Assembly (NCBI RefSeq): GCF_004010195.1
Contig: NC_057711.1
Location: 82,774,046 to 82,838,045 of the forward strand
Length of the DNA stretch: 64,000 bases
From: Chiloscyllium plagiosum
Taxonomy: Eukaryota
Reading direction: 5' to 3'
A program made the translations under genes and the position numbers. This document shows positions 49,731 through 63,814 of the stretch, one piece after another. Under the pieces are notes generated by a model that was given only the letters and a program-made list of their open reading frames with translations, had not been told where the DNA came from and made no database searches. Each line of letters begins with the position of its first letter. The stretch's first letter is position 1.

Positions 49731-52256
49731 TGAGGTGGAGCTAGCTTGCCAATGTGTCTCTGCTTGTGATTGTCATTCATGTTTTAGTTGATGTAATTGT
49801 AAAAGTGCCAGAAGGGCACTTCAAGAGGCTGCTAACTTTCAGGAGTTACCTCTGATAATGAACCCTGTTACAAAGATGTAGCCTGAATGACAGACCTACT
49901 GTAGCCCATGATCAATTATAGCATTCTGAAGGATAACACTGTCATTCTCTTCCATACACTTTGACTTGTGCTTCAGGCTGGGAGGGAATAACCACCCCAT
50001 TGAGGTCTAAAGCTGCCCAAAATGCATTATCTTTTCAACTTATATTCTTCCTAGTTTTGTTTCATCCGCAAACTTGGAAATGTTATATTTGGTCCCCACA
50101 TTCAAGTAATTGATATGGATTGTGAACAAGTGGGGCAAAACACTAATCCTTGTGGTATTTGATGAGTCACAGACTGACATCTTGAGAATTTTGTTTTAAT
50201 TCATTCATGGAATGTGGGCATTGCTGGCCAGGACAGCATTAGCTTTCATCAAGAAGTTACTGGTGAGTTGCATTAATGAACTGCTACAATTCATTTGATG
50301 CAGTTAGGAAGAGAGTTTTAAAATTTTAATTCAGTGACATTGAAGGTACATCAATGTATTTCCAAGTCTGGATAGTGAGTGACTTAGAGGAAGTCTCACA
50401 GGAATGGTACTTTCATGTACTTACTGCTCTTGTCCTTCTAAATGGTAGTGGTTGATGGTTTGGAAGGTGCTACTGTAGGAGAGTGGTTCATTTATTCCTA
50501 CCATCTGCTTTCTTTACATTTACCAACCTTCAGTCTGTGCCAGTATATGAACCTCCTGTGTGAGATGTTATCAAAAATTTTCTGAAAATTGAAATACACA
50601 ACAACCGATGATTTGTCCTTATCTATTCCTCTTGTAATATTGTTAAAAACCTCTAACTGTTTGCCAAACATGATTTTCTTTTCATAAAATATTATGACTT
50701 TCCCATTATTTTCTGAGTGTCTAGATAGCACATCCTTTACAGTAATTTCTAGCATTTTGCCTGACAATGACATGAAGCTGACAGGCCTGTGATTTTCCCA
50801 TTTTCTTCCTTCGTCCTTTCTTAAAGAGTGTGGTTACATATGTAACCTTTGCAATCTGCGGGCAGGTTCCAGAACCTGTGTTATTTTAAATTATTGCCAG
50901 AATGCATCCAATATGTTGATAGCCACTTCTTTCAACACTGAGCTGGAGATCTTCGGATCCAAGGATTCGTGGCTTTTCAACCCTATGAATCTGTCCAGAC
51001 TACATTTTTATTAGTACTAATTTCTCTCTGTTCCTCATTCTCACTAGTTTTTTGGATTACTATTATTTCCTAAAGTTTCTTGTATCTGTCTATATGAAGG
51101 CAGACACCAAGTCATTATTAGCTTCTCTGACATTTCACTATTTAACATTTTAAATTCTCCTGTTTTTGCCCATAATGGACCCACCTTTTAGTTTGTTAAT
51201 ATTTTCTCTTTTACGTGCCGACAGAAGGTTTTACAACTATTTTTGTTTACTCATTCACAGAATGTGGGTGTTGCTCATTAGACCAGCATTTATTGCTGAT
51301 CTATAATTGCCCAGAGGGCGGTAAAGAGTCAACCATATTGCTGTGGGTCTGGAGTTATGTGTAGGCCATACCTGGTAATAATGGCAGTTTCCTTCCCTAA
51401 AGGATATTATGTGAACCACGGGTGTTTTTCTGGTAACTAATAATGGTTTCACCTCATCATTTGATTCCCCAGAATACTACCTGGTCTCTGGATTAATGGT
51501 CTAGCGATAATACCATTAAGCCCTTAAGTTTACTTTCATATTCTGTTTTCCTTTTTTTATTGGTTTCTTGGTTCTTCGTTTCTGAATTCTGAAATACTTC
51601 CAACCTACAGGTTTGTACTTTTTAAGCAATGTTAACCTTTACCTAATGCAATGTTTAACTTCTTTAGTTAGCCCACAGTTGACTTAGGCCTTAAATGAAT
51701 CCATATTTGTTATAATCCTTGCATTGTAATTTAAATATTAGCCCCACTACCTGTCAATCTTTGTAATGTATTTTTACAATTTACCACAATCAACTTGCCT
51801 CTTATCCCTTCTTAGTTCCTTTGTTTATACTTTGAATTATACAGCATGTAAACAGACCCATCAGTTTAACTCGTCCATGCTGACCAAATTTCCTGAACTA
51901 AACTAGTGCCACTTACTTGCGTTTGACCCATTTCCCTCTAAACCTTTCCAATTATGTACCTATCTAAATATCTTTTAAATATTGAAACTTCCTGCATTTG
52001 CCATTTCCTCTGGCAGTTCATTCCACATATGATCTACCCTCTGTGTGGAAAATTTAGCCTCAGGTTCCTTTTAAATCTTCCTCCTTTCACCTTAAAAATA
52101 TATCCCCTAGTTTTGAACTCCCCACCCTAGGGAAAAGACTTTTGCAAGTCACCTATTCAAAACTCTAGTTTTGAATTGAACTACATTGTTTGCAAATTTA
52201 ATGGAAAATTATTTCAAATTATGGTCATTTGTTCCTGGGGATTCTTCTATAAGAAG

Positions 52257-54205
52257 CGTTATGGACCAGGCCAGACTCCCTCAAAACATTTCAAGAAAGT
52301 GGCCCAGACACTAACTTTGCGAGTTGTTTTAAGCAGGTGTAATGTGGATATTCCATGAATGATGCAGCTGGTCAACCCACTTAGTTTTGAACAAAATAGA
52401 ATTTATTTACAAGATTACTGAATGAAATACAAACAAAAGAGAATAGAACACAGAATAAGTTAACCCATCCAAAATCATAGAACATACAGCGCAGAACAGG
52501 TCCTTTGGCCCTCAATACTGCGCTGACCTGTTAACTTAATCTAAGCCCATCACCCTACACTATCCCATCATCATCCAAATGCTTATCCAAGGACTGTTTA
52601 AATGCCCATAATGTGGCTGAGTTAACTACATTGGCAGGCAAGGCATTCTATGCCCTTACCACGCTCTGAGTAAAGAACCTGCCTCTGACATCTGTCTTAA
52701 ATCTATCACCCCTCAATTTACAGCTATGCCCCCTTATACAAGCAGATGTCATCATCCTAGGAAAAAGACTCTCACTGTCCACGCTATCTAATCCTCTGAT
52801 AATTTTGTATGTCTCTATTAAATCCCCGCTTAGCCTTTTTCTCTCCAATGAGAAGACCCAATTCCCTCAGCCTTTGATGTGTCCCAGAGCAGGCAACATC
52901 CTGGAAAATCTCCTCTGCACCTTTTCCAATGCTTCCACAATCTTCCTGTAATGGAGCGACCAGAACTGCACACAGTATTCAAATGAGGCTGCACTAGTGT
53001 TTCGTACAGTTGCAGCCTAATATTATGGGTCCAGAACTCAATCCCTCTACCAATAAAACCGAACAGATCTTTTGCCTTCTTAACAGCACTGTCAACCTGG
53101 GTGGCAACTTTTAAGGATCTATATACATGGACACTAAAGTTCCTGTGTATATCCACACTACCAAGAATCTTTCCATTGACCCAGTATTCTGCCTTCCTGC
53201 TATTCCTCCCAAAATGAATCACCTCATATTTATCTGCATTGAACTCCATTTGCCACCTTTCAGCCCAATTCTTCAGTTTTTCCAAGTCTCCCTGCAACCT
53301 GTAACATTCTTCCACGCTGTCCACAACTCCACCGACTTTAGTATCATCTGCAAACCTACTAACTCATCCATCTATGCCTGCATCCAAGCCATTTATAAAA
53401 ATGACAAACAGCATTAGTCCCAAAACAGATCTTTGTGGCACACCACTAGTAACCGGACTCCAGACAAAATATTTTCCATCAACCATCACTTGTTGCCTTC
53501 TTACAGAAAGCCAGTTTCTAATCCAAACTGCTAACTTACCTTCAATCTCATGCGTCGCATTTTCTCCAATAGCCTACCATGTGGTACCTTATCAAAGACT
53601 TTACTGAAGTCCACTTTCACCATGTCATCCACATGCTTGATCTCCTTCTCAAAAAACTCAATGAAGTTTGTGAGACACGACCTGCCCTTGACGAATCCAT
53701 GTTGATGATTATAAATCCCATCTCTTATAATCCTTTCCAAAACTTTTCCTACAACAGACATATGGCTCACTGGTCTATAAGTACCTAGTTCGTCTGGTAA
53801 TCCAACAGATTATACCAAATTAATGATGCTGTTCCCAATACTTCAATCCCCATACACATCCATTGGCACAAAAGGTAAAATGAAACAGAGGGTCTTACAG
53901 GAGAGAGATGTCAGAGAGAAATTGCCAGCATGGACCTGCTTCTTTGGGTCCAGCAGCTTCCAAACTGCCTGACTGCTTTCAGTGAATAGCCAGACTGGTT
54001 AAAACCAAATCAAACCAGAGTAAAGCTGAGCTGGGAGAACTGGCCACTCCCCATTCATTGTACAAGTCTTTTTTTTTCAATATTGAAAGCCTTTTTCCTG
54101 AGACAGTATTTGCTATCTATAATCAAACTCGCCTGAAAACCCTTCCAAGCCCAGACTTCCAAGCCAAGGGTACCATAACCTTGTTAAAAAAACAGCATTA
54201 TTACA
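52257..54205 (-). mobile_element. Solo LTR (4-bp TSD GAAG) split by a CR1 insertion
   Basis: gaag|cgttatggacc...attattaca|gaag; both halves are reverse-complement homologues of 58179-58793. Confidence 0.8.
52474..53798 (-). mobile_element. CR1 LINE RT fragment nested in the LTR
   Basis: QHGFVKGRSCLTN, VDFSKVFDKVPH, LQGDLEKLKNWAERWQMEFN, 3' tail. Confidence 0.88.
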
Positions 54206-54309
54206 GAAGATTATTAATTATTCCCTAGTATTAGATATAAAATTTGTTACTTGTTCCCTCATTGGTTCTTCAGCACACTGCTCTTAAAATATTCACAACT
54301 ATCTTCAGT

Positions 54310-55880
54310 CAGAAGTGCTTGATGGATGATCCATATCAACCTCCTCCACTGGTCTCCAGCATCACAGATACCAGTCTTCGGCTAATTTGGTTTACTTCAC
54401 GTGATATCAAGTAATGATTGGGGTAACTGCAAAGGCTCTGATAACATTCGGGCAAAGATACTGAAGACTTGTCTTCCAGAACTTGTCACTCCCCAAGACA
54501 AGCTTTTCCAGTACAGTTAAAAGACTAGCATTTACCTGACAATGTGGAGAATTGCCCAGGTATGTCCTGTACATAAAAAACAGGACAAATCCAATTCAGC
54601 CAGTTATGATCCCATCAGTCAACTCTTGATCATCAGTAAAGTGGTGTCATCAACAATGGGATCAAGCAGCATGTGCTTAATAACAACTTGCTTATTGATG
54701 GCCTACAAAGGTCACTCAGCTTCTGACCCCATTACAGTCTTTGTTCAAACATGGATAAAAGAACTGAAGTACAGAGGTAAGGTGAGAGTGGCATCTTTTG
54801 ACATTAAAATCACACTCAACCAAAAGTAGCACCAAGGAACCCTAACAAAATTGGAATTTATGGGAATTGGGAGCAAACTCTTCATTGACTGGAGTTACAC
54901 CTGAAACATAAGATGGTTGTAGTTGTTGGAGGTCAGTTGTCTCAATTCCAGAAAATCTCTTCAGGAATTCCTTAGGATAGTGTCCTAGCCCGACCATCTT
55001 CAGTTGCTTCATCAATGACCTTCCCTCCATCATATGATCAGAAGTGGGGATGTTCGCTGACGATTGTTCACTGCTCAATGCAACAGGTTCTGAACAACAT
55101 CCAGGCTTGGGCTGACTGTAGCAAGTAACACTTCATTCACATAAAAGCCAGAGAGTGACCATCTATAATAAGAGAGAATCCAACCATTGGCCCCTGACAT
55201 TCAATGGCATTACCATTACTGAGTCCCCCATTATATCAACAATACAAGGATTGCCATTGACCAGAAACTGAACTGGACTTTCCATATAAGTACAGAGCAG
55301 GTAAGGGGAATAGTCTAGTGAGTAACTCATCACCTGACTCCCCAAAGCCTATCCACCATTTGCAAGACACAAGTCATGCATGTGATGGAATACTCCCCAC
55401 TTGCCTGTCTGGGTACAGCTCCAACAGTACTCAAGAATCTTGACACCACCCAAGACAAGACAATGCAGCTACTTGATTGGCACTGTATCCATTAAAATCC
55501 ACTACTCCATTACTCCACTGACACTCAATTGCAGCAGTGTGTGCAACTTACAAGATGCACTGTAGAAATTCACCCCAATTCTTAGATACACTTCAAATCC
55601 ATGACCAATTCCACTTAGGAGGACAAGGGCGGCAGATACATGGGAACACCACCACCTGCAAGATACCCCTCCAAGCCACACACCATCTTAACTTGAAATA
55701 AATTGCTTTTCCTTTAGCGTTGTTTGGTCAAATTCCCTCCCTAATGGCATCATGGATCTATCTACAGTATATGGACTGCAACGGTTTAAGAAGGCAGCTC
55801 ACCATTACCTTCGCAAGGGCAACTAGGGATGGGCAATAAATGGTGGCTAGCCAGCAACACCCATGTCCCATGAGAGGATA
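54310..55880 (+). mobile_element. Old non-LTR retrotransposon RT fragment (same family as 24200-26160)
   Basis: WRIAQVCPVHKKQDKSN..., VQTWIKEL..VRVASFDIK, FINDL, MFADD. Confidence 0.75.
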
Positions 55881-57689
55881 GAAAAAAAATCTAGAAATTC
55901 ATCCGACTCAGCATTGGTGATCAGTAGATTAACCCAGTCTACATGTAGATTGACGTCACTGTATTACCCTTGTTTACCTGCACTTTTGGTTTCCTGAGGC
56001 AGTGAAACAAGGACCTGATGTCACCTTTGAGGAAGAAAGCATTTGTCTTTCTCGTAAAAGTATACTTGCTGTTGCCTGTCAACTAGCCAGCCTAGAATAT
56101 TGGTATTTATACCAAGTTAGCAGAGGCAAAGCCAAACATGAGGCCAGATTTGGCTGAGGTCATCCTGTAAGGTGACCTTTATTATCACTCAATGGAAGTG
56201 CCGCCACCTATCAGTCATCTGCCAATTATAGCGTAATTGTGTGTAAGAGAATCAGGACAAGTAAAGGCTCATGGAAGAAATATTGACTTCTGTATGAAAT
56301 AGTGAGCGGTTTGTGGTTTGACTTATGAAGTTGGTTTGGAATATTTGTTTTGAGCCTTTATTTTAGCATTATGGCTAAGAAGATGATGTGATTGTCATTA
56401 ATAGAGAAGGGACGGTAAAATAAAGTGTAGGGCAGGTCAGAAGTGGAGATGGAGGTTGTATTCTCTGCTACTGGAGTTAAATGAATCAATTATGGTCAAT
56501 TGACAAGAAAGGGGATGAGTTGTGTGTCTCCTTTTTTTTGTTGCTCCTCCTCAGGTGCAACAATATCCTGATAACAATAGCTATATCCTTTTGACGGAAA
56601 AGTTATGCAGCAGAGTAGAGTGACACTTTACTTATGTTCAGGAAAGCACTGCATGGTTTTTCCACAGGTAGTCGAAGAAGTCTTTTAACACCTTAGACGT
56701 CTTCCCCATCACAATTGTGTGACAATGTGACTTTTGCTTTATGTATGCTTCCCACATGCGCTAGGATTGTACACCAAAGTCATCAGTGGGGCATCGCAAT
56801 GGCCACTCTCTGATTTGTCATGGTGATAAAATGGACAGGTGCACAAAAAGACAGAGTGACTGCTATGAGCATACTGTTGCTCGTTCTGCCTGTTTATTTC
56901 TGATAAGAATGAGTGAAGTGTAGTTAGCTTTCTTTGCATCGCCTGATCCAACTTGAATGATACCCCATGCATTATAGTTCATTGCCATAAACATCTTCAC
57001 ATCCATTGGCGTTGCTGTTCTTGCTGTTCTTGCTGTGTTCTGAGATTGCAGTTCCAGATAGCAGATTTCAGCAAGAAACTTCTGAGTGTTTAATACCCTA
57101 TAGTGGTAGTGGTTAAGGTAGGAGATTTGCTCCCTGAAAACCTTGGGTGGATATAGCCTCCTGACAGCCTTTCTCCACTTATTCCTCAAGAAGCTTGTTT
57201 TCCTTTATGTTGCCTTTGGTCATTTTCCCACCATGCTGCAGACCAAGGAGAATCTAAACATTGAGACCAGAACTCTTTAGCAGTGCGATACTACATGCAA
57301 ATTTACTTAACAGTACAAATAACAAATCATTTATGTAAACTCAGCAACACCAGTGCTAATTAGAGTTGGCAAGGTGGGAGTGCGATGTCCCTCTTGCAGC
57401 TGGATTCATGTTTAGCATTATGAGGTTAAGAGAGGGAATTAACTGGAATGCTGTGCTCTCAAACAGCAAAACTTGTTTCTTGTAAGCTTTGCATACTGGC
57501 ACCATGATCTGCCTGATTTGCTTATTACTGGTGCATGGTCCTTGCATTTGAGCTCAGAACTTCAATCAAATGTTTCCTAGTGGTCAGCATTAGGTGCCAC
57601 TATTTTGGGACTAAAGTGGCACCCATTGCATTGTAAATACAATAAGCAATTAAATTGTGTGGCCTGCATCTCTTTTTACACGTTGACAT

Positions 57690-58990
57690 TTTGGTTTGAT
57701 TTGATTTGATTTATTACTGTACCTTTGCTGAGATACAGTGAATAGTGTTGTTTTGCATGCTTTACAGGCAGATTATTCTATACAAGCATGTCAGGGTAAC
57801 AGAACAGAGTGCATGATATTGTCTTACAGCTGCTGAGAACGTGCAGGGAGAGTTCAATACTAACATTAAAGAGGTCCATTCAAAAGTTTGATAACAGTGG
57901 GGAAGAAGCTGTTCTGGAATGCATTCATATGTGTATACAAACTTTTTATATCTTCTACTCAACGGAAGAGGGTAGAAGAGAGTATAATTGGGGCTGGAGG
58001 GGGTCTTTGATTATGTTAGTTGCTCTTCTGATGCAGCAGAAAGAATAGCTGAAGTCAATGTATGGGAGACTGGTTTGTGTGATGGACTGGGCAGTGTTCA
58101 CAACTCTCTATAGTTTCTTTTGGTTTTGGGAAGGGCAGTTGCTGTACCATGTATGTAGAGAGGATACTTTCTATGGTGTGTGACGATACTGCTCCTTTGA
58201 CAAGGTTGTGTTGTCCTTGGTTTGTTACAAAAGTTTTGTACGAGGCAGAGTTGCTGAGATATCTGGGTTTATCCACTTGAAGAAGCTTTTAAGTTTAAAA
58301 AAACATGTGTACAATGAAAGGGGAGTGGGCAGTTCTCCCAGCTCAGCTCTTCTCTGGTTTGGTTTTGGTTTGGTTTTAGCAAACAGTTTTTTTGAGGCTG
58401 CTGCTCAAAGAAACAGCTACATGGAAGAAAGTGTTCCATGCTGAACCATCTGCCTTCCCTCTCTCTCTCTTCTGTATGACTTTGTGTTTGATTTTACTTT
58501 TTGGCCAAGGGGTGTTTATGGGGATTGATACAGGAATTTGGAACAGCATCATTAAGTTTGGATAATCTGTTGGGTTTTCTGATGGGTTAAATTATTCTGT
58601 ATTCTGTTCTCTTTTGTTTGTGTTTCATTCAGTGCTCTCTAAATAAATTATGTTTTGTTTAAAACCAAGGGTTTTGACCAGCTGCATCACTCCTGGAATA
58701 TCCATTTTACACCTGCTCAAAAAAAACAAGAAAAGTTAGGGTTTGGGCCGCCCTCTTGAAATGTTTTGAGGGAGTCTTGCCCTGTCCATAACAGGTGCAT
58801 GTATAAAGATTTGTAAGTGTATTTACGGATAGGCTAAATTTCCTCAGCCTCCTGAGGAATTAGAAGCATTGCTATGCTTTCTTGACTGTAGTTTCGATGT
58901 TGGTGGACCATAACCATTTGTTGGTGATTGTCACTCCCAAGAAGTTGACGCTTTCAACCACCTCCACCTCAGCAGCATTGATGCAAATAG
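57690..58990 (-). mobile_element. Rex1/Babar-like LINE 3' fragment interrupted by a solo LTR
   Basis: Homologous to 21480-22300 (HTIESILS; gaagaagctgttc); (tttga)n tail. Confidence 0.65.
58179..58793 (+). mobile_element. Solo LTR, 615 bp, 4-bp TSD GGTG
   Basis: ggtg|tgtgacg...cataaca|ggtg; AATAAA near 58642; removing it restores the host LINE sequence ctatggtgcat. Confidence 0.85.
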
Positions 58991-59165
58991 AGACATGCAC
59001 AAATGCTGGGGAATTAGGAGGTGAGTTACCAGCTCATGACCTGTTCTTGTAGCTACAATATTTATGCAACTGGTCCAGTTCAGTTTCCGGTCTTAACCTC
59101 CCAGCACAATGGGAATGTTATTGAACGTCAAGGTTAGATTCCCTCTTGTTGAAGGTGGTGATTGT

Positions 59166-60246
59166 CATAGAGTCGTAGAGATGTACAGCATGGAAACAGA
59201 CCCTTTGGTCCAACCCTTCCATGCCGACCAAGTATCCCAACCCAATCTGCTCCCAACTGCCAGCACCCGGCCCATATCCCTCCAAACTCGTCCTATTCAT
59301 ATACCCATCTAAATGTTGCAATTGTACTATCCTCCACCACTTCCTCTGGCAGCTCATTTCATACATGTACCATCCTCTGCGTGAAACATTGCCCATTAGA
59401 TCTCTTTTATATCTTTCCTCTCTCACCCTAAACCTATGCCCTCTAGTTCTGGACTCTCCCAACCCAGGGAAAAGACTTTACCTATTTATCCTATCCATGC
59501 CCCTCATAATTTTGTAAACCTCTATAAGGTTATCCCTCAGCCTCCGACGCTCCAGGAAAAACAGTCCCAGCCTGTTCAACCTCTCCCTGTAGCTCACATC
59601 CTCCAACCTTGACAACATCCTTGTAAATCTTTTCTGAACCCTTTTAAGTTTCACAACATCTTTCCGATAGGAAGGAGACCAGAATTGCACGCAGTATTCC
59701 AATAGTGGCCTAACCAATATCCTGTACAGCTGCAACATGACCCCCCAACTCGTGTATTCAATACTCTGACCAATAAAGGAAAGCATACCAAATGCCTTCT
59801 TCACTATCCTATCTACCTGCGACTCCAATTTCAAGGAGTTGTGAACCTGCACTCCAAGGTCTCTTTGTTCAGCAACACTCCCTAGGACCTTACCATTAAG
59901 TGTATAAGTCCTGCTAAGATTTGCTTTCCGAAAATGCAGCACCTCGCATTTATCTGAATTAAACTCCATCTGCCACTTCTCAGCCCATTGGCCCATCTGA
60001 TCAAGCTCCTGTTGTAATCTGAGGTAACGTTCTTCGCTGTCCATTACACCTCCAATTTTGGTGTCATTTGCAAACTTACTAACTATACCTCTTATGCTTG
60101 CATCCAAATCATTTACATAAACGACGAAAAGTAGTGGACCCAGCAATGATCCTTGTGACATTCCTCTGGTCACAGGCCTCCAATCTGAAAAACAACCCTC
60201 CACCACCACCCTCTGTCTTCAACCTTCGAGCCAGTTCTGTATCCAA
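59166..60246 (-). mobile_element. CR1/HER1 LINE 3' fragment
   Basis: 243-aa ORF with QGSLLGPLLFVVYVNDL, SKFANDTK, LVRPLLEYCVQFWSP; tail ctatgac. Confidence 0.9.
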
Positions 60247-60469
60247 GTCTGGCATCTGTGTGATATGAATACTGCTTGCAACTTGTCAGCCCAGCCTGAA
60301 TATTATCCAGCTCTTGCTGCACTTCAGCATGGACTGCTTCAGTATCTGAGGAGATATGAATGATGCTGAACATTGTGCAGTCATTAGCGAACATCCAGAC
60401 TTCTGATCTTATAATGCGGGGATGGTTATTGATGACGCAGCTGAAAATTGTTTGGCCGAGGACATAACT

Positions 60470-63400
60470 CTGAGGAAGTGGTGCTACGAGTTAGTGAGGG
60501 TAGGAATAGGAGGATAGAGCAGATGATTGCATGGCTGAAGAGTTGGTGCATAGGAGAAGGGTTCACATTTTTGGATCCTCGGAATCTCTTCTGGGGAAGA
60601 AGTGATCTGTACAAGAAGGATGGATTGCACCTGTATTGGAAGGAGATTAGTATACTGGCAGGGAGATTTGCTGGAGCTGCTGGGAGGGTTTTAAACTAGT
60701 AAAGTGGAGGAGGGTGGGGTGGTGGTGGGGTTAGGAGGGGGTTAGTGGTTGTGGTGGGGTTGTAGCGTTGGTGGGGGGGGGATGTGGGCGCAGTTAGGTT
60801 GGAACCCAGGGAAATAATGAAGAAAGAGATCAATCTGAAACTGGTACAGTTGGGAAAGGGAGTGAGTCAAACAGTCAGGGCAGGAAGGAACAAAGCAGAG
60901 AACAAGGTAGGACTGATAAGTTAAACTGCATTTACTTTAATGCAAGAGGCGTTATAGGGAAGGCAGATGAACTTGGGGCATGGTTAGGAATGCGGGATTG
61001 GGAATGTCATAGCAATTACAGAAACGCAGCTCAGAGATGGACAGGACTGGCAGCTTAATGTTCCAGGATACAAATGCGATAGCAAGAATAGAAAGGGAGC
61101 AAGAGAGGAAGTAAAGTGACATTTTTGATAAGGGATAGTATTACTGCTGTACTTAGGGAGGATATTCCTGGGAAGACATCCAGGAAAGGTATTTGGCTGG
61201 AACTGAGAAATAAAAAAGTGATGATCACCTTATTGGGATGGTAATTTAGAACCCCTAATAGTCAGCGGGAAATTGAGAAACAAATTTGTAAGGAGATTTC
61301 AAATATCTGTACGAATAATAGGGTGATTATAGTAGGGGCCTTTAACTTACCAAACATAGACTGGGACTGTCATAATGTCAAGGGTTTAGATGGAGAGGAA
61401 TTTGTTAAGTGTGTACAAGAAAATTTTCTTATTCAGTTTGTGGATGCACCTACGAGAGAAGGTGCAAAACTTGACCTACTCTTGGGAAATAAGGCAGGGC
61501 AGGTGAATGAGGAGTCAGTGGGGGAGCACTTTGGGGCCAGCAACCATAATTCTATTAGCTTTAAAATAGTGATGGAAGGGGATAGACCAGATCTAAAAGT
61601 TGAAGTTCTAAATTGGAGAAAGGCCAATTTTGATGGAAGCCTTCAAAAGTGAGACAATGAGAGTCGAGAGACAGTATATTCATGTTTGGTAGAAAAGAAA
61701 GGCTGGTAGGTGTAGGAAATACTGCATGACTAGAAACATTGAGATTTTGGTTAAGGAAAAGAAAGGTGCATATGACAAGTACAGACAGGAGAGAACGAGT
61801 GAATCCTTAGAAGAGTATAAAGGCAGTAGGAATATACTTAAGAGGGCAAAAAGGGGACGTGAGATAGCTTTGGAAAATAGAGTTAAGGAGACTCCAAAGG
61901 GTTTTTATAAATACATTAAGGACAAAACGGTAAGGAGCGAAAGAAAGATCAGCAAGGCAGCCTATGTGTGGAGTCGCAAGAGATGGGAGAGATACTAAAC
62001 GAGTATTTTGCATCAATGTTTAATTTGGAGAATGACTTGGGAGGTAGAGGATGTGGAGAAATAGACGATGATATGTTGAAAAATGTCCATATTACAGAGG
62101 AGGAGGTGCTGGATTTCTTGAAATGCGTAAAAGTAGATAAATTCCCAGGACCTGATCAGGTGTACCCTAGAACTATGTCGGAAGCGAGGGAAGTGATTGC
62201 TGGGTGCCTTGCTGAGATGTTTGTCTCATCAGTAGTCACAGGTAATGTGCCGGAAGACTGGAAGGTGGCTAACATGGTATTTAAGAAAGTTGGTAAGGAA
62301 AAGCCAGGGAACTATAGACCGGTGAGCCTGACATCGATGGTGGGCAGGTTGTTGGAGAAATCCTGAGGGACAGGATTTACATGTATTTGGAAAGGCAAGG
62401 ACTGATTAGGGATAGTCAGCATGGCTTTGTGTGGAGGAGGTCATGTCTCATGAATTCAATTGAGTATTTTGAAGAACTATCAAAGAGGATTGATGAGGGC
62501 AGAGCAGTAGACATGATCTATATGGACTTCACTAAGGCGTTTGACAAGGTTTCTCATGGGAGATTGGTTAGCAAGGTTAGATCTCATGGAATACAGGGAA
62601 AACTAGCCATTTGGATACAGAACTGGCTCGAAGGTAGAAGACAGAGGGTGTTGTTGGAGAGTTGCTTTTCAGACTGGAGGCTTGTGACCAGTGGTGCATC
62701 ACAAGAATCTGTGCTGGGTCCACTGCTTTTCGTCATTTATATAAATGATTTGGTTGTGAACGTAGGAGGTATAGTTAGTAAGTTTACAGAAGACACCAAA
62801 ATTGGAAATGTAGTGGACAGCGAAGAAGTCTACCTCAGATTACAACAGGATCTTGATCAGATGGGCCAATGTACTGAGGGGTGGCAGATGGAGTTTAATT
62901 TAGATAAATGCGAGGTGCTGCATTTTGAAAAAGCAAACCTTAGCAGGACTTATACACTTAATGGTGAGGTCCTAGAGAGTGTTGCTGAACAAAGAGACCT
63001 TGGAGTGCAAGTTCATAGTTCCTTCAGAGTAAAGTCATAGGTGTAAGGTTAGTGAGAAAGGCATCGGGATGCTTTTCTTTATTGTTCAGAGCATTGAGTA
63101 CAGGAGTTGGGAGGTCATGTTGCACCTGCACAGGACATTGGTTCGGCCGCTTTTGGAATATTGCATGCAATTTTGGTCTCTTTCCTTTCGGAAGGATGTT
63201 ATGAAACTTGAAAGCGTTCAGAAAAGATTTACAAGGATATTGCCAGAGTTGGAGGATTTGAGCTATAGGGAGAGGTTGAATAGGCTGAGGCTGTTTTCCC
63301 TGGAGCGTCAGAGGCTGAGGGATGACTTTATAGAGGTTTATAAAATCATGAGGGACATGGACAGGATAAACAGACAAGGTCTTTTCCCTGGAGGGGGGGG

Positions 63401-63790
63401 GGGGGGGGGGTCCAGAATGAGAGAGCATAGATTTAAGGTTGGAGGATTTGAGCTAATGGGAGAGGTTGAATAGGCTGGGGCTGTTTTCCCTGGAGCATCA
63501 GAGGCTGAGGGATGACCTTATAGAGGTTTATAAAACCATGAGGGGCATGCATAGGATAAATAGACAAGGTCTTTTCCCTGGGGTTGGGAAATCTAGAACT
63601 AGAGGGCATAGGTTCAGAGTGAGAGGGGAAAGATATAAAAAGGACTTAGGGGCAACATTTTCACGCAGAGGGAATGAGCTGCCAAAGGAAGTGGTGGAGG
63701 CTAGTACAATTACAGCATTTAAAAGGCATCTGAATCAGGAGGTTTTAGAGTGATATGGGCCAAATACATGCAAATGAAACTAGATTAGAT
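60470..63790 (+). mobile_element. CR1/HER1 LINE: ORF1 C-terminus plus frameshifted ORF2 (APE endonuclease and RT)
   Basis: ORF1 [77 protein letters not shown]; multiple frameshifts. Confidence 0.9.
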
Positions 63791-63814
63791 TAGAATATTA
63801 GATTTTTTAAAAAT

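Noticed and set aside
49195..49791. Cluster of overlapping 120-150 aa ORFs
   Set aside because: Produced by a stop-poor low-complexity purine/pyrimidine tract.
60700..60800. G-rich tract with G-quadruplex potential
   Set aside because: Expanded low-complexity spacer between LINE ORF1 and ORF2; nothing supports a function.
60470..63790. Intact autonomous LINE
   Set aside because: ORF2 is broken into several frames, has an internal deletion, and the catalytic motif reads FTED instead of FADD.
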